Assembly: GCA_965248265.1 (NCBI GenBank)
Contig: CBDFJF010000001.1
Span: 2,624,001 to 2,688,000 of the forward strand
Reading direction: 5' to 3'
Length of the DNA: 64,000 nucleotides
From: Candidatus Latescibacterota bacterium
Lineage (GTDB): Bacteria; Latescibacterota; UBA2968; UBA8231
A model generated the notes under the pieces. It was not told the origin of the DNA. It searched no databases and saw only the letters and a program-made list of their open reading frames with translations. Every line of letters starts with the position of its first letter. Position 1 is the first letter of the stretch. A program made the position numbers and the translations under genes. Below are positions 10,131 to 18,532 of the stretch, one piece after another.

Positions 10131-11216
10131 ATGATGGTATTGTGCTGGCTTGTCTTGCTCGCTGTTCCCTGCGCCTCTTTTTCTCAGACATCAAGCCAAT
10201 CACCCGGTCCTGATCCGGTGGCCATCACCCACTATGCCGCCGGCCTCGATCTGTTGAAAGCCAGGAAGTTCCGCAACGCCGCCCTGGAATTCACCCAAGC
10301 CACGGTATCCGATTCGACCTACGGCGACGCCTTCTTTGCGTTGGGCAAGACCTCCGTCACGCTCAATCAATACGACAAGGCGGTTGGGGCGTATGAGACT
10401 GCGAAGCGAGTCGGGGTTTCTCGTCCCCAGACTCAGCAGCTAATACCAGGGCTGCTCGCTGACGCCTACCGTCGTTGGGGCGTGGCATCGTACGGCAAGC
10501 GAGACTACCAGCAGGCGATTGCTGCGCTGGAAAAGGCGCTGGAGTACGGCGACACCGATCCGGCCCTCCACTACACCCTGGCACTGTGTTATGGAGGGCT
10601 GCGTGAGACGGATTTGGAACGCACCGCTCTTGCTCGAGCGGTCGAGTTGGATCCGACCTACACCAAGGCCCACAAAGCCCTCGGTGACCTGCACCGGCGG
10701 CAGCGAGACCTGCGCTCGTCCGCTGCGGCCTACCGACACGCCATCGCCCTCGACTCAACCTACATGGAGGCCCACGGGGGGTTGGCTCGAGTCGAAGTCG
10801 ACAGCGAAGACTTCGCTGCGGCCGAGAACACACTGCAGCGGGCCTTGCTCATCGATGACAGCTTCGCCTACGGATTCCTCATGCTCGGCCACACCATGAA
10901 TCAACTCAGCCGCTACCACGAGGCCATCGAACCGTTGCGCCGAAGCATCGACCTGGAGCGGGACAACTGGGAAGGGCACTATCGACTGGCGGAGGCGTAT
11001 TACGGCACCGGGGATTACCGCAAGGCGATCGAGGCCGGCAAGTCGGCACTAGCCAACAAGCGGAACGCGCATGCTGCACAGGTGATCATGGCGGACTCCT
11101 ACGGAAAACTCGACATGAGAAGTGACGCCCGAACCTGGTACCTGAAGGCCGCCCAGGACAGCCGCTTCAAAGACTACTGCAACTTCAAACTCGAAGAGCT
11201 CGCCGAACACCCTTGA
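10131..11216 (+). CDS. Exported tetratricopeptide-repeat protein
   Basis: Signal peptide followed by multiple TPR motifs (A...LG......A...Y..A..LD). Confidence 0.85.
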   Translation: MMVLCWLVLLAVPCASFSQTSSQSPGPDPVAITHYAAGLDLLKARKFRNAALEFTQATVSDSTYGDAFFALGKTSVTLNQYDKAVGAYETAKRVGVSRPQTQQLIPGLLADAYRRWGVASYGKRDYQQAIAALEKALEYGDTDPALHYTLALCYGGLRETDLERTALARAVELDPTYTKAHKALGDLHRRQRDLRSSAAAYRHAIALDSTYMEAHGGLARVEVDSEDFAAAENTLQRALLIDDSFAYGFLMLGHTMNQLSRYHEAIEPLRRSIDLERDNWEGHYRLAEAYYGTGDYRKAIEAGKSALANKRNAHAAQVIMADSYGKLDMRSDARTWYLKAAQDSRFKDYCNFKLEELAEHP

Positions 11217-11815
11217 ACCTGCTATTGGCCACCAACAACCGCGGCAAGCTGGCCGAGTTCGAGCGTCTGCTGGCGCCCATCCGCTTGACGACTCCCGATG
11301 AAATCGGCCTTCAGTTAACGATAATCGAAAACGGAAAGACCTTCACCGACAACGCCACTCTCAAAGCCCATGCCTTCGCCGATGCTTCGGGTTCGATCGC
11401 GCTTGCGGATGATTCAGGACTGGAGGTGGATGGTCTTGACGGAGCGCCGGGGGTTCATTCAGCGCGCTACGGAGGAGAGGATCTCGACGACGCAGGACGT
11501 TGCCGGCTTCTGCTGCGCAACCTCGGCCATACCCAACGACGGGAAGATCGCACGGCGCGCTTTCGCTGCTGCCTGGTCGCTGTCGCTCCGGACGGACGGT
11601 CTTGCTCCGCGGAGGGCTGTTGTGAGGGGTTTATCGCCGATACAGCAGCCGGCGACAAGGGCTTCGGCTACGATCCCGTATTCTTTGTGCCGGGTTTCGG
11701 GCGCACGATGGCCGAGCTCAACCCCGCGGACAAAGATTCCGTCAGCCACAGGGCTCAGGCCCTGGAAGCGTTGTTACCTGTATTGAAAGCCACGTTTCCA
11801 GAGCTGGAAACGTAG
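11213..11815 (+). CDS. rdgB: Non-canonical purine NTP pyrophosphatase (dITP/XTPase)
   Basis: ATNNRGKLAE, ADDSGL, PGVHSARY, GFGYDPVF, SHR. Confidence 0.95.
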   Translation: MNLLLATNNRGKLAEFERLLAPIRLTTPDEIGLQLTIIENGKTFTDNATLKAHAFADASGSIALADDSGLEVDGLDGAPGVHSARYGGEDLDDAGRCRLLLRNLGHTQRREDRTARFRCCLVAVAPDGRSCSAEGCCEGFIADTAAGDKGFGYDPVFFVPGFGRTMAELNPADKDSVSHRAQALEALLPVLKATFPELET

Positions 11816-11852
11816 GCGCGAGAGGTTGCCAGGTAAGGTAGTACCCCGAGCG

Positions 11853-11951
11853 TCAATCCATCAAGTCGTCGTCGTTGCGCTCGAGCAGTGAGCCGAACAG
11901 CAGGATTCCCGAAATCAAGCCAGCGATGAGACCGATGAGAAAGCGGGTCAT
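11853..11951 (-). CDS. 32-aa single-TM small protein (below the ORF-track cutoff)
   Basis: MTRFLIGLIAGLISGILLFGSLLERNDDDLMD*. Its ATG overlaps the upstream TGA (ATGA); GxxxG helix and acidic tail. Confidence 0.65.
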   Translation of the reverse strand: MTRFLIGLIAGLISGILLFGSLLERNDDDLMD

Positions 11952-12265
11952 GGCCCTTGCGGTCCGTTTGGGCTGAAGCCCAAGTGCATGATCTGTCTTA
12001 GTTCTTCTTCCTTTTCCCGTACGTCTGCCTTGAAACGATCAATCTGCTGCTGCAGGGTGACCAGGGAGACGTCACCATCCAGCTCCCCGTTTTTGAGGCG
12101 CCCGTACACCTCCTCGCCCAACTCCGCATAGGTTGCGCGCAGACGCCGGCGCGTGGCAGCCATGTCGGCGCGAACCTTGAGGGCCTGGCCGATTACCTTG
12201 CCGCGTTCGGCGACATCGGCCAACCGCTCCTTGAGCGTATCAGTTAGCTGCTTTTTCGTCCCCAT
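11948..12265 (-). CDS. Hypothetical coiled-coil protein (105 aa)
   Basis: MGTKKQLTDTLKER...LRATYAELGEEVY...; heptad pattern; overlaps the upstream YtxH-like gene. Confidence 0.7.
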   Translation of the reverse strand: MGTKKQLTDTLKERLADVAERGKVIGQALKVRADMAATRRRLRATYAELGEEVYGRLKNGELDGDVSLVTLQQQIDRFKADVREKEEELRQIMHLGFSPNGPQGP

Positions 12266-12497
12266 TGTGATCTTCTTCCTGTCTGCGATGGACCATAAGG
12301 TCCTCCACCTTCTCCACCACCTGCTCCTTCGTCGCCTCGGCCTTTTTTGCAATCTTGCGCCGGGTGATGTCTCCTCGATGGGGTGCCATCAACAGACCCA
12401 AAGCACCACCGATCATGATTCCGGCGACGCAGCCTGCCAAAAATCCGACGAATTGGCCATTCTGTTGGTTCCCTGAATTGGTCTTGCGGTAGTACAT
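12240..12497 (-). CDS. YtxH-like protein
   Basis: FLAGCVAGIMIGGALGLLMAPHRGDITRRKI matches the YtxH pattern (LL.AP..G...R). Confidence 0.8.
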   Translation of the reverse strand: MYYRKTNSGNQQNGQFVGFLAGCVAGIMIGGALGLLMAPHRGDITRRKIAKKAEATKEQVVEKVEDLMVHRRQEEDHNGDEKAAN

Positions 12498-12684
12498 GGT
12501 CTCTCGACTCCTCGCTCGTGGCAAATGGACGGCGGCAACAGCCGCCTCACAGGACTGTCCCCTTCTGGTCATGTGACATGATAATATACTCGACACGGGT
12601 TTGGGTAAAACGGCTCGAGAGTGTATTTTCAAAATCCTCAACTCCCCGGCCCAGGTCATCTACCAACGTAAGGATGCCGAACCC

Positions 12685-14166
12685 ATGGCCACCGTGTTGG
12701 ACCAATCTTCCATCAGCCTTAGAGAATTCCGCATTCTGCCCGGGTTCACTCCACCCGACGGCAATGCCCTCAACGTCGATCTGAATACCAAACTGTGCCG
12801 CAACGGTGCACAATTCCTTCACCTGCGGATGCCCTTGCTAAGTGCGGCCATGCAGGCGGTCACTGGCACCGAGATGGCCATCGCCGTCGCTCAACTCGGG
12901 GGCATCGGTATCCTACCGGTGAGTCAGACCATCGAGGATCAGTGCGAGAAAATCGACCGGGTGAAACGGTTCAAGGCCGGCTTCCAGACCAACATCACGA
13001 GCTTGTCTCCACGCCATACCATCGGCCGGGTCATCGAGATCATCGAGGAGACCGGGTATTCGACTTTTCCGGTCACCGATTCGGGTTCCTTCCACGGCAA
13101 GCTATTGGGAATCATCACCGACAAAGACTTCGACGTACGCCGTGACCACGCCTGCACCGTGGAGGAGCGCATGCGCACGGATGTACAGGCTGGCATCGAC
13201 ATCGCCGACCTCGGGGAAGCCAATGAACTGATGATTCGCTACGGACGCGGTTTCCTGCCCATCATCGACGGCGATGGCATGTTGCGGTCCGTGGTCTTCA
13301 AGAAGGATCTGGACAAACACCTGCAGCACCCGAATGAGTCCATCGACGGCAAGAAGCGCCTGCTGGTAGGAGCCGCCATATCGACTCATCCCGAGGATCG
13401 AGACCGCGTGCAGTGCCTGGTCGAGCACGAGGCCGACGTCCTCGTCATCGATGCTTCGGACGGCCACACGCATTTCCAGAGGCAGATGCTGGAATGGATC
13501 AAATCGACCCACAGTATTCCCGTCATCGGCGGCAATATCGTAACGGAGAAGGGCTTCAGGTTTCTGGTAGAAGCAGGAGCCGACGCCGTCAAAGTCGGCA
13601 TGGGTATCGGTTCGGGTTGCACGACACAGGAAGTCAAGGCAACGGGGCGCGGCCAGGGTTCGACGCTGATGGAGATCTGCGGCGTTCGCGACGAAATGGT
13701 GCGACAGGGCGCGCCTTACATACCGATTATCGCTGACGGCGGAATGAGTGGGCCGGGCGAGATGTCGGTGGCCCTGGCCCTGGGTGCCGATGCCTTGATG
13801 ATGGGGAATTTCTTCGCCCGCTATACCGAGAGCGAGGGCAACCTGGTGCGCAACGCCCGGGGAGAAGTTGTTAAGGAATACTGGATGGAGGGCAGTGCCA
13901 AGGCCCGTAACACCCGACGTTACGCACAGCTCAAGGATCTATTTTTCGAGGAGGGGATCACCGGCTACGTACCACATTCCGGCTCGATCTACGAAAAGCT
14001 GCCATTGATTCTGCAAATGCTGCGCTCCACCTTGGCCACGGCTGGTTGCCGCTCCATCGATGAGCTACACAACAATTCGGTCCTGGAAAAGCAATCGCCA
14101 TCCGCGCTCATGGACAGCGACGTCCACGACATGGTGCCGATGAACGTCGATCAACAGATTCTGTAG
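12685..14166 (+). CDS. guaB: IMP dehydrogenase with CBS pair
   Basis: SAAMQAVT, GMGIGSGCTTQE (catalytic Cys), IADGG, EEGITG; start taken at MATVLD after AAGGA. Confidence 0.9.
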   Translation: MATVLDQSSISLREFRILPGFTPPDGNALNVDLNTKLCRNGAQFLHLRMPLLSAAMQAVTGTEMAIAVAQLGGIGILPVSQTIEDQCEKIDRVKRFKAGFQTNITSLSPRHTIGRVIEIIEETGYSTFPVTDSGSFHGKLLGIITDKDFDVRRDHACTVEERMRTDVQAGIDIADLGEANELMIRYGRGFLPIIDGDGMLRSVVFKKDLDKHLQHPNESIDGKKRLLVGAAISTHPEDRDRVQCLVEHEADVLVIDASDGHTHFQRQMLEWIKSTHSIPVIGGNIVTEKGFRFLVEAGADAVKVGMGIGSGCTTQEVKATGRGQGSTLMEICGVRDEMVRQGAPYIPIIADGGMSGPGEMSVALALGADALMMGNFFARYTESEGNLVRNARGEVVKEYWMEGSAKARNTRRYAQLKDLFFEEGITGYVPHSGSIYEKLPLILQMLRSTLATAGCRSIDELHNNSVLEKQSPSALMDSDVHDMVPMNVDQQIL

Positions 14167-14340
14167 CATCCTGGGCTTCACCCCTACACCATCCTCATGA
14201 TCAAAACGAGGCGCCCAGCTACCGTCTCGAGTGGACCCCGTTCGGGGGATCACCCCGGAGCACAGACGGAAGATGTCAAGCGGGTTTTGCCTCCCATTCC
14301 GACGATGAATACCCGGTGTCTATCTCTAATGGGTTGACTG

Positions 14341-14751
14341 TTACTGCTCATAGACGAACTGCCGCAATTTCCGCTCGATTTCATCCCGCACGCGCCTGAA
14401 AACGGATAGGCGCTCCTCGGTCGATCCAGTCGCGGCGGCAGGATCATCCAAGCTCCAGTGTAGTCGTTCACCGTCCCCGGGGAAAACAGGACAGGTCTCC
14501 TCAGCCCGATCACAGACCGTGATCGCGAAATCGAAATCCCGTTGCGCGTACAGATCGATACTCTCCGATTTGTGGCCGGAGATATCGATGCCGATTTCGT
14601 CCATTACCTGTACTGCGAGCGGGTTGAGTCCGTGCGGATCGGTCCCCGCGCTGAACGCCTCGAAACAGTCGTTTCCCAGAAACCTCAGCCAGCCTTCGGC
14701 CATTTGGCTGCGGCACGAGTTACCCGTGCACACGAAGATTACGCGATTCAT
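14341..14751 (-). CDS. arsC: Thioredoxin-coupled arsenate reductase (LMW-PTP fold)
   Basis: CTGNSCRS P-loop, TVCD...CP resolving cysteines, DDP. Confidence 0.88.
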   Translation of the reverse strand: MNRVIFVCTGNSCRSQMAEGWLRFLGNDCFEAFSAGTDPHGLNPLAVQVMDEIGIDISGHKSESIDLYAQRDFDFAITVCDRAEETCPVFPGDGERLHWSLDDPAAATGSTEERLSVFRRVRDEIERKLRQFVYEQ

Positions 14752-14770
14752 CTGCTTCCCGTCGCGCTAA

Positions 14771-14820
14771 CAAAAAACAAATACGGCGGCCTCCCCGATG
14801 CGGAGAGAACCGCCGTATTT
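14771..14820 (-). terminator. Intrinsic terminator after the aquaporin gene
   Basis: AAATACGGCGG (14779-14789) / CCGCCGTATTT (14810-14820) stem, followed on the minus strand by a T-tract. Confidence 0.75.
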
Positions 14821-14849
14821 CTAACCCATCTACAGCTTGTGTGTGCGTT

Positions 14850-15494
14850 CTAGTCGCCGTCTTTCAGCAAAACCCGATAGAGTATTCCCGCCACGGCGGC
14901 GCCCAAAAGCGTACCGACCAGATAGATCCAGAACTGATCCATGGTCCCCGTGAACACCGCGGGACCCAATGTGCGCGCCGGATTCACAGAGGCTCCCGTA
15001 AGGGGACCCCCCATGAGAATGCAGAAGGAGAGCGTCAATCCGATTGGAATGGGGGCGAAGTCCCCGATCTTGCCCCTGACTGCCGTGTTCAAGATGGTAT
15101 TGACCAGGAAGAATGCCAGGATGGCTTCCAACAACAGTCCCTGCGTCGGCGATACGCCATCGGCCAGCACGGTAGCACCCAGATTCGAGTCACTGCCCCC
15201 GAGGACGCAATACAAAGCGGCCGCTCCTGCGATGCCTCCGATCGCCTGAGCGATCCAGTATACGATGACTTTGCCGAATTCGATTTCCCCGGCGACGAAC
15301 AAACCGAACGTCACCGCGGGATTGATGTGGCTGCCGGAATGATGACCATACGCGAAGGCAAACGCCATCACCACTAGCCCGTGTGCCAACGCCGCACCTA
15401 CGACTCCACCCACGCCGACGGCAACGGCTCCTGCGCCGATGAAAATCAGGCTGAACGTGCCGATCATCTCTGCGACGAACGCTTTCGAATTCAT
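14850..15494 (-). CDS. MIP-family channel (aquaporin), TIP/AQP8-like selectivity filter
   Basis: Two NPA boxes (SGSHINPAV, GASVNPAR), AEMIGTF, six hydrophobic helices. Confidence 0.93.
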   Translation of the reverse strand: MNSKAFVAEMIGTFSLIFIGAGAVAVGVGGVVGAALAHGLVVMAFAFAYGHHSGSHINPAVTFGLFVAGEIEFGKVIVYWIAQAIGGIAGAAALYCVLGGSDSNLGATVLADGVSPTQGLLLEAILAFFLVNTILNTAVRGKIGDFAPIPIGLTLSFCILMGGPLTGASVNPARTLGPAVFTGTMDQFWIYLVGTLLGAAVAGILYRVLLKDGD

Positions 15495-15558
15495 TGGCCT
15501 TCCTTCCCGGATTTCTGTTGGGTCCTTTTCAAGTTGCAGGAAATGCCTGCCGGCTCAA

Positions 15559-15587
15559 TGTATAGCGCCGCTCCAATAACCTGTCAA
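15559..15587 (-). promoter_or_regulatory. Putative sigma70 promoter of the aquaporin gene
   Basis: Minus strand TTGACA-17 bp-TATACA. Confidence 0.5.
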
Positions 15588-15659
15588 GCATATACAGGGC
15601 CCAATGGCGGATGTAGGTGTTTGTATATTTGGCTTGAATTCAACCCGGAGCGACGCCCT

Positions 15660-16745
15660 CTGTCCACACCAACCCGCATCCTTTTTCTCGCCCGCCGTTA
15701 CCCTCCCAGTATCGGCGGCATCCAGACCCATTGCTTTCAGTTGTTCACGCGTCTGGCGGCCCGCACACCGACGACCCTCGTGTCGTTGGGACGCCAGTCA
15801 CTCCTGCACCTGGCCTGGTTTCTACCGTATATCTGGCTGCGCTGCGTCTGGGCCCTGCTGCTACGACGCACGGATGTCATCTATTTTGGCGACGGAGTAG
15901 CCTGTGCGGTGGCGCCGTTCCTGTTGCCGCTCAAAAGTAGAGCCCGATTTGTGACGACGGTGTTCGGAGCGGAGATGACGTTCGGCAGTGCGGCAGCACA
16001 GAATCTGATGAGAAGGGGCGCCCGTTGCTGTGATCGCATCATCGTCATCAGCGAGAACAGCCGTCGCCTCGCCGTTGAGTGGGGTCTGCCCGCCGAGCGC
16101 ATAGAGATCATCTACGTGGGGGTTGAACCTCAACTCCTTGATCCCGCCCGGGACGAGGAATTGCGGCGGGAGTTCGAAGAGCGTCACGGACTGTCCTTTG
16201 CGCAGTCCGACGTCGTGCTGAATCTGAGTCGACAGGTGCCTCGCAAGGGGTTGGTGGCCTTCCTCGAACACGGGTTCGTTCATCTTCGCGACGACATTAA
16301 CCTCATCATCGTCGGAGACGGCCCTGAATTGCCACGGCTCAGAGAGGCACAGAAAGTGGCCCAGACTCAGCGTATCCTCCTTCTGGGTTCCGTCGACGAT
16401 GAAACCGCGGCCATGCTGCGCAGCAATGCAGGGTTATTTATAATGCCCAATGTCCCCCTGGCAGATGACGTGGAAGGCTATGGCATTGCCCCATTGGAAT
16501 GCATGTTCGTCAAAACGCCGGTCGTCGCCTTTGCCGTTGACGCCTTGGTGGAGAGCATCCGGGAAGGCGGATACCTGGTAGAATCTGGAGACTATCCCGC
16601 TTTCGCCCGTAAGATCCACGAGTTCTTTGCGCTCTGTGAAGGGGACCAACGCCGCATTGGTGACGCAGCTCGTGAGTACGTGACTCGTGAGTACGGATGG
16701 GATCTGATGGCGGATCACTATGAGAACGTTTTTTCTGCCGACTGA
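15660..16745 (+). CDS. Glycosyltransferase family 4 (start uncertain: CTG 15660 or TTG 15621)
   Basis: RILFLARRYPPSIGGIQ, RQVPRKG, EGYGIAPLE (EX7E motif). Confidence 0.88.
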   Translation: MSTPTRILFLARRYPPSIGGIQTHCFQLFTRLAARTPTTLVSLGRQSLLHLAWFLPYIWLRCVWALLLRRTDVIYFGDGVACAVAPFLLPLKSRARFVTTVFGAEMTFGSAAAQNLMRRGARCCDRIIVISENSRRLAVEWGLPAERIEIIYVGVEPQLLDPARDEELRREFEERHGLSFAQSDVVLNLSRQVPRKGLVAFLEHGFVHLRDDINLIIVGDGPELPRLREAQKVAQTQRILLLGSVDDETAAMLRSNAGLFIMPNVPLADDVEGYGIAPLECMFVKTPVVAFAVDALVESIREGGYLVESGDYPAFARKIHEFFALCEGDQRRIGDAAREYVTREYGWDLMADHYENVFSAD

Positions 16746-16789
16746 ACCGCGCCACACCACGCACATGAGAGTGAGGAGCCGGAAGCGCC

Positions 16790-17674
16790 ATGGAAGTGAA
16801 GTCGCAAATCATCGATGTAGACCAGAGCAATTTCGAACAGATCGTCCTGCAGGGTTCAGCCGAACAGCTCGTCGTCGTCGACTTCTGGGCTCCCTGGTGC
16901 GAACCCTGCAAGACCTTGGGGCCAATTCTGGAAGAGGTCGTCATGGCCCTGGGCCCCTCAGTTGTTCTGGCCAAGGTCAACGTCGACGACAATCAGGACC
17001 TGGCCGTGGCATTCCGTGTCCAGGGTATTCCGGCGGTCAAAATTGTCCGCAACGGACAGCTGGTAGACGAGTTCACGGGAGCCCTGCCCAAAGCGGAGAT
17101 AGAAGCCACCTTGCGCCGGCATGTGCCCGACGCACCCCCGAGCGAGGAGGAGATAGCCGGCGATTTACTGGAGCAGGCCCAGGCCGTGCTAGAAAGAGGC
17201 GACTTGATCGGAGCTACCTCCGTGTACCAGCAGATCCTGCACGGCGACACCTCCAACCCGGGCGCCCTGGCTGGCCTGGCGCGCGTGCGCTTGATGGAAG
17301 GTGAATTTGCTGAAGTTGAGGAGTTGGTCGGCAAGATCGAACAGGGCACCGGTGACTACGATCGTGGCCAGGCGGTACTCAAGCAGATCGAATTACATCG
17401 CGTCTGCGAAGCAGCGGGTGGCCCTGAGCAATGCGCCGAACGTTGCGCTGCTGATCTTGATGACCTGCAGGCCAGATATCAACTGGGTTGTTGTGCTGCG
17501 GTGTCCGGGGACTTCGAGACGGCGTTGCGAGAGTGGTTTGCCGTCATCGAGCGCAACAAGGACTTCCTCGACGGCGGAGTCAGAGAGGCGATGGTCTCGG
17601 TTTTTCAGTTACTCGGCCGCCACCACCCCGTTGTCGGCGACTATCCGCAGCGGCTTTATCGGTTGATGTACTGA
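16790..17674 (+). CDS. Thioredoxin-TPR chaperedoxin (YbbN/CnoX family)
   Basis: VDFWAPWCEPCK thioredoxin domain plus TPR C-terminus ending in YPQRLYRLMY. Confidence 0.88.
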   Translation: MEVKSQIIDVDQSNFEQIVLQGSAEQLVVVDFWAPWCEPCKTLGPILEEVVMALGPSVVLAKVNVDDNQDLAVAFRVQGIPAVKIVRNGQLVDEFTGALPKAEIEATLRRHVPDAPPSEEEIAGDLLEQAQAVLERGDLIGATSVYQQILHGDTSNPGALAGLARVRLMEGEFAEVEELVGKIEQGTGDYDRGQAVLKQIELHRVCEAAGGPEQCAERCAADLDDLQARYQLGCCAAVSGDFETALREWFAVIERNKDFLDGGVREAMVSVFQLLGRHHPVVGDYPQRLYRLMY

Positions 17675-17688
17675 TATCCCCACTCGCC

Positions 17689-18489
17689 CTATATCCAAAC
17701 AGCCTGACCCGGACCAAGGATCTGAAGTCGCTGACCCTTCTTGGCCAGGCGTGAATTGGGGAAGACCTGCTTCGCGTGAGCCAGAGTCTCACTCGACAAA
17801 CTGGAATCGTAGTGAACGAGAGCGAGACTGCTGCTGCCGGCTTCCATGGCAACCCGCGCCGCGTCCTGCGGCCGTGAATGCAGCGTTACCTGCAGATCTT
17901 CCGAGGACGCGTCACCACTCGCTGATCCATCATGAATGAGAACGTCGCAGCCCTTGGCGAATGTCGACAGGCCTTCGTGGTAAGCAGTGTCACCGGTGAT
18001 CACGGCTGAGGCGCCGCTGGCACTGTCTTCGAAGCGGTAGCAGCGCGCGTCCACGGGGTGGAAAGCGCGTCCGACCTTGACGGTGATATCGCCGATACTG
18101 ACTGAGTCCCCTGGTGCCACGTAATGCACCTCGTGCTCGGGAAGCCTCGAGGGCAGGCGATCTGCCTGCAGCATGGCGGCGGCGGCCTGGCACACAGCAG
18201 CGATGTCTCGAGGTCCGTAGAGCTTCAGCGGGGGCGCATTGGAACGCACGGCAGCGCGCTTGCGGTTGGCCAGCAGCAGACCTGGCAACCCCAGCACATG
18301 GTCCTCATGACAGTGGGTGAAGAACACGTGATCGACATCAGTCGGTGAGACATCATACGGCAGCATGTTGACGGCACTGTTCCAACCCGTGTCCACTAGG
18401 ATCTGCCGGTTGACGAGGAAACAGGCCGTTTCCTCCCCCGCGTTGAGCCAAGCGCCAGAGACACCGACGAAGAGAATTTCCAGAGACAT
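17689..18489 (-). CDS. MBL-fold hydrolase, RNase Z-like
   Basis: THCHEDHVLG, TGDT, LIHD, HS, LVH motifs. Confidence 0.8.
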   Translation of the reverse strand: MSLEILFVGVSGAWLNAGEETACFLVNRQILVDTGWNSAVNMLPYDVSPTDVDHVFFTHCHEDHVLGLPGLLLANRKRAAVRSNAPPLKLYGPRDIAAVCQAAAAMLQADRLPSRLPEHEVHYVAPGDSVSIGDITVKVGRAFHPVDARCYRFEDSASGASAVITGDTAYHEGLSTFAKGCDVLIHDGSASGDASSEDLQVTLHSRPQDAARVAMEAGSSSLALVHYDSSLSSETLAHAKQVFPNSRLAKKGQRLQILGPGQAVWI

Positions 18490-18532
18490 CGTAAAAGATC
18501 CTTTCTGATAGCGAACAAGACCTATACCATCA

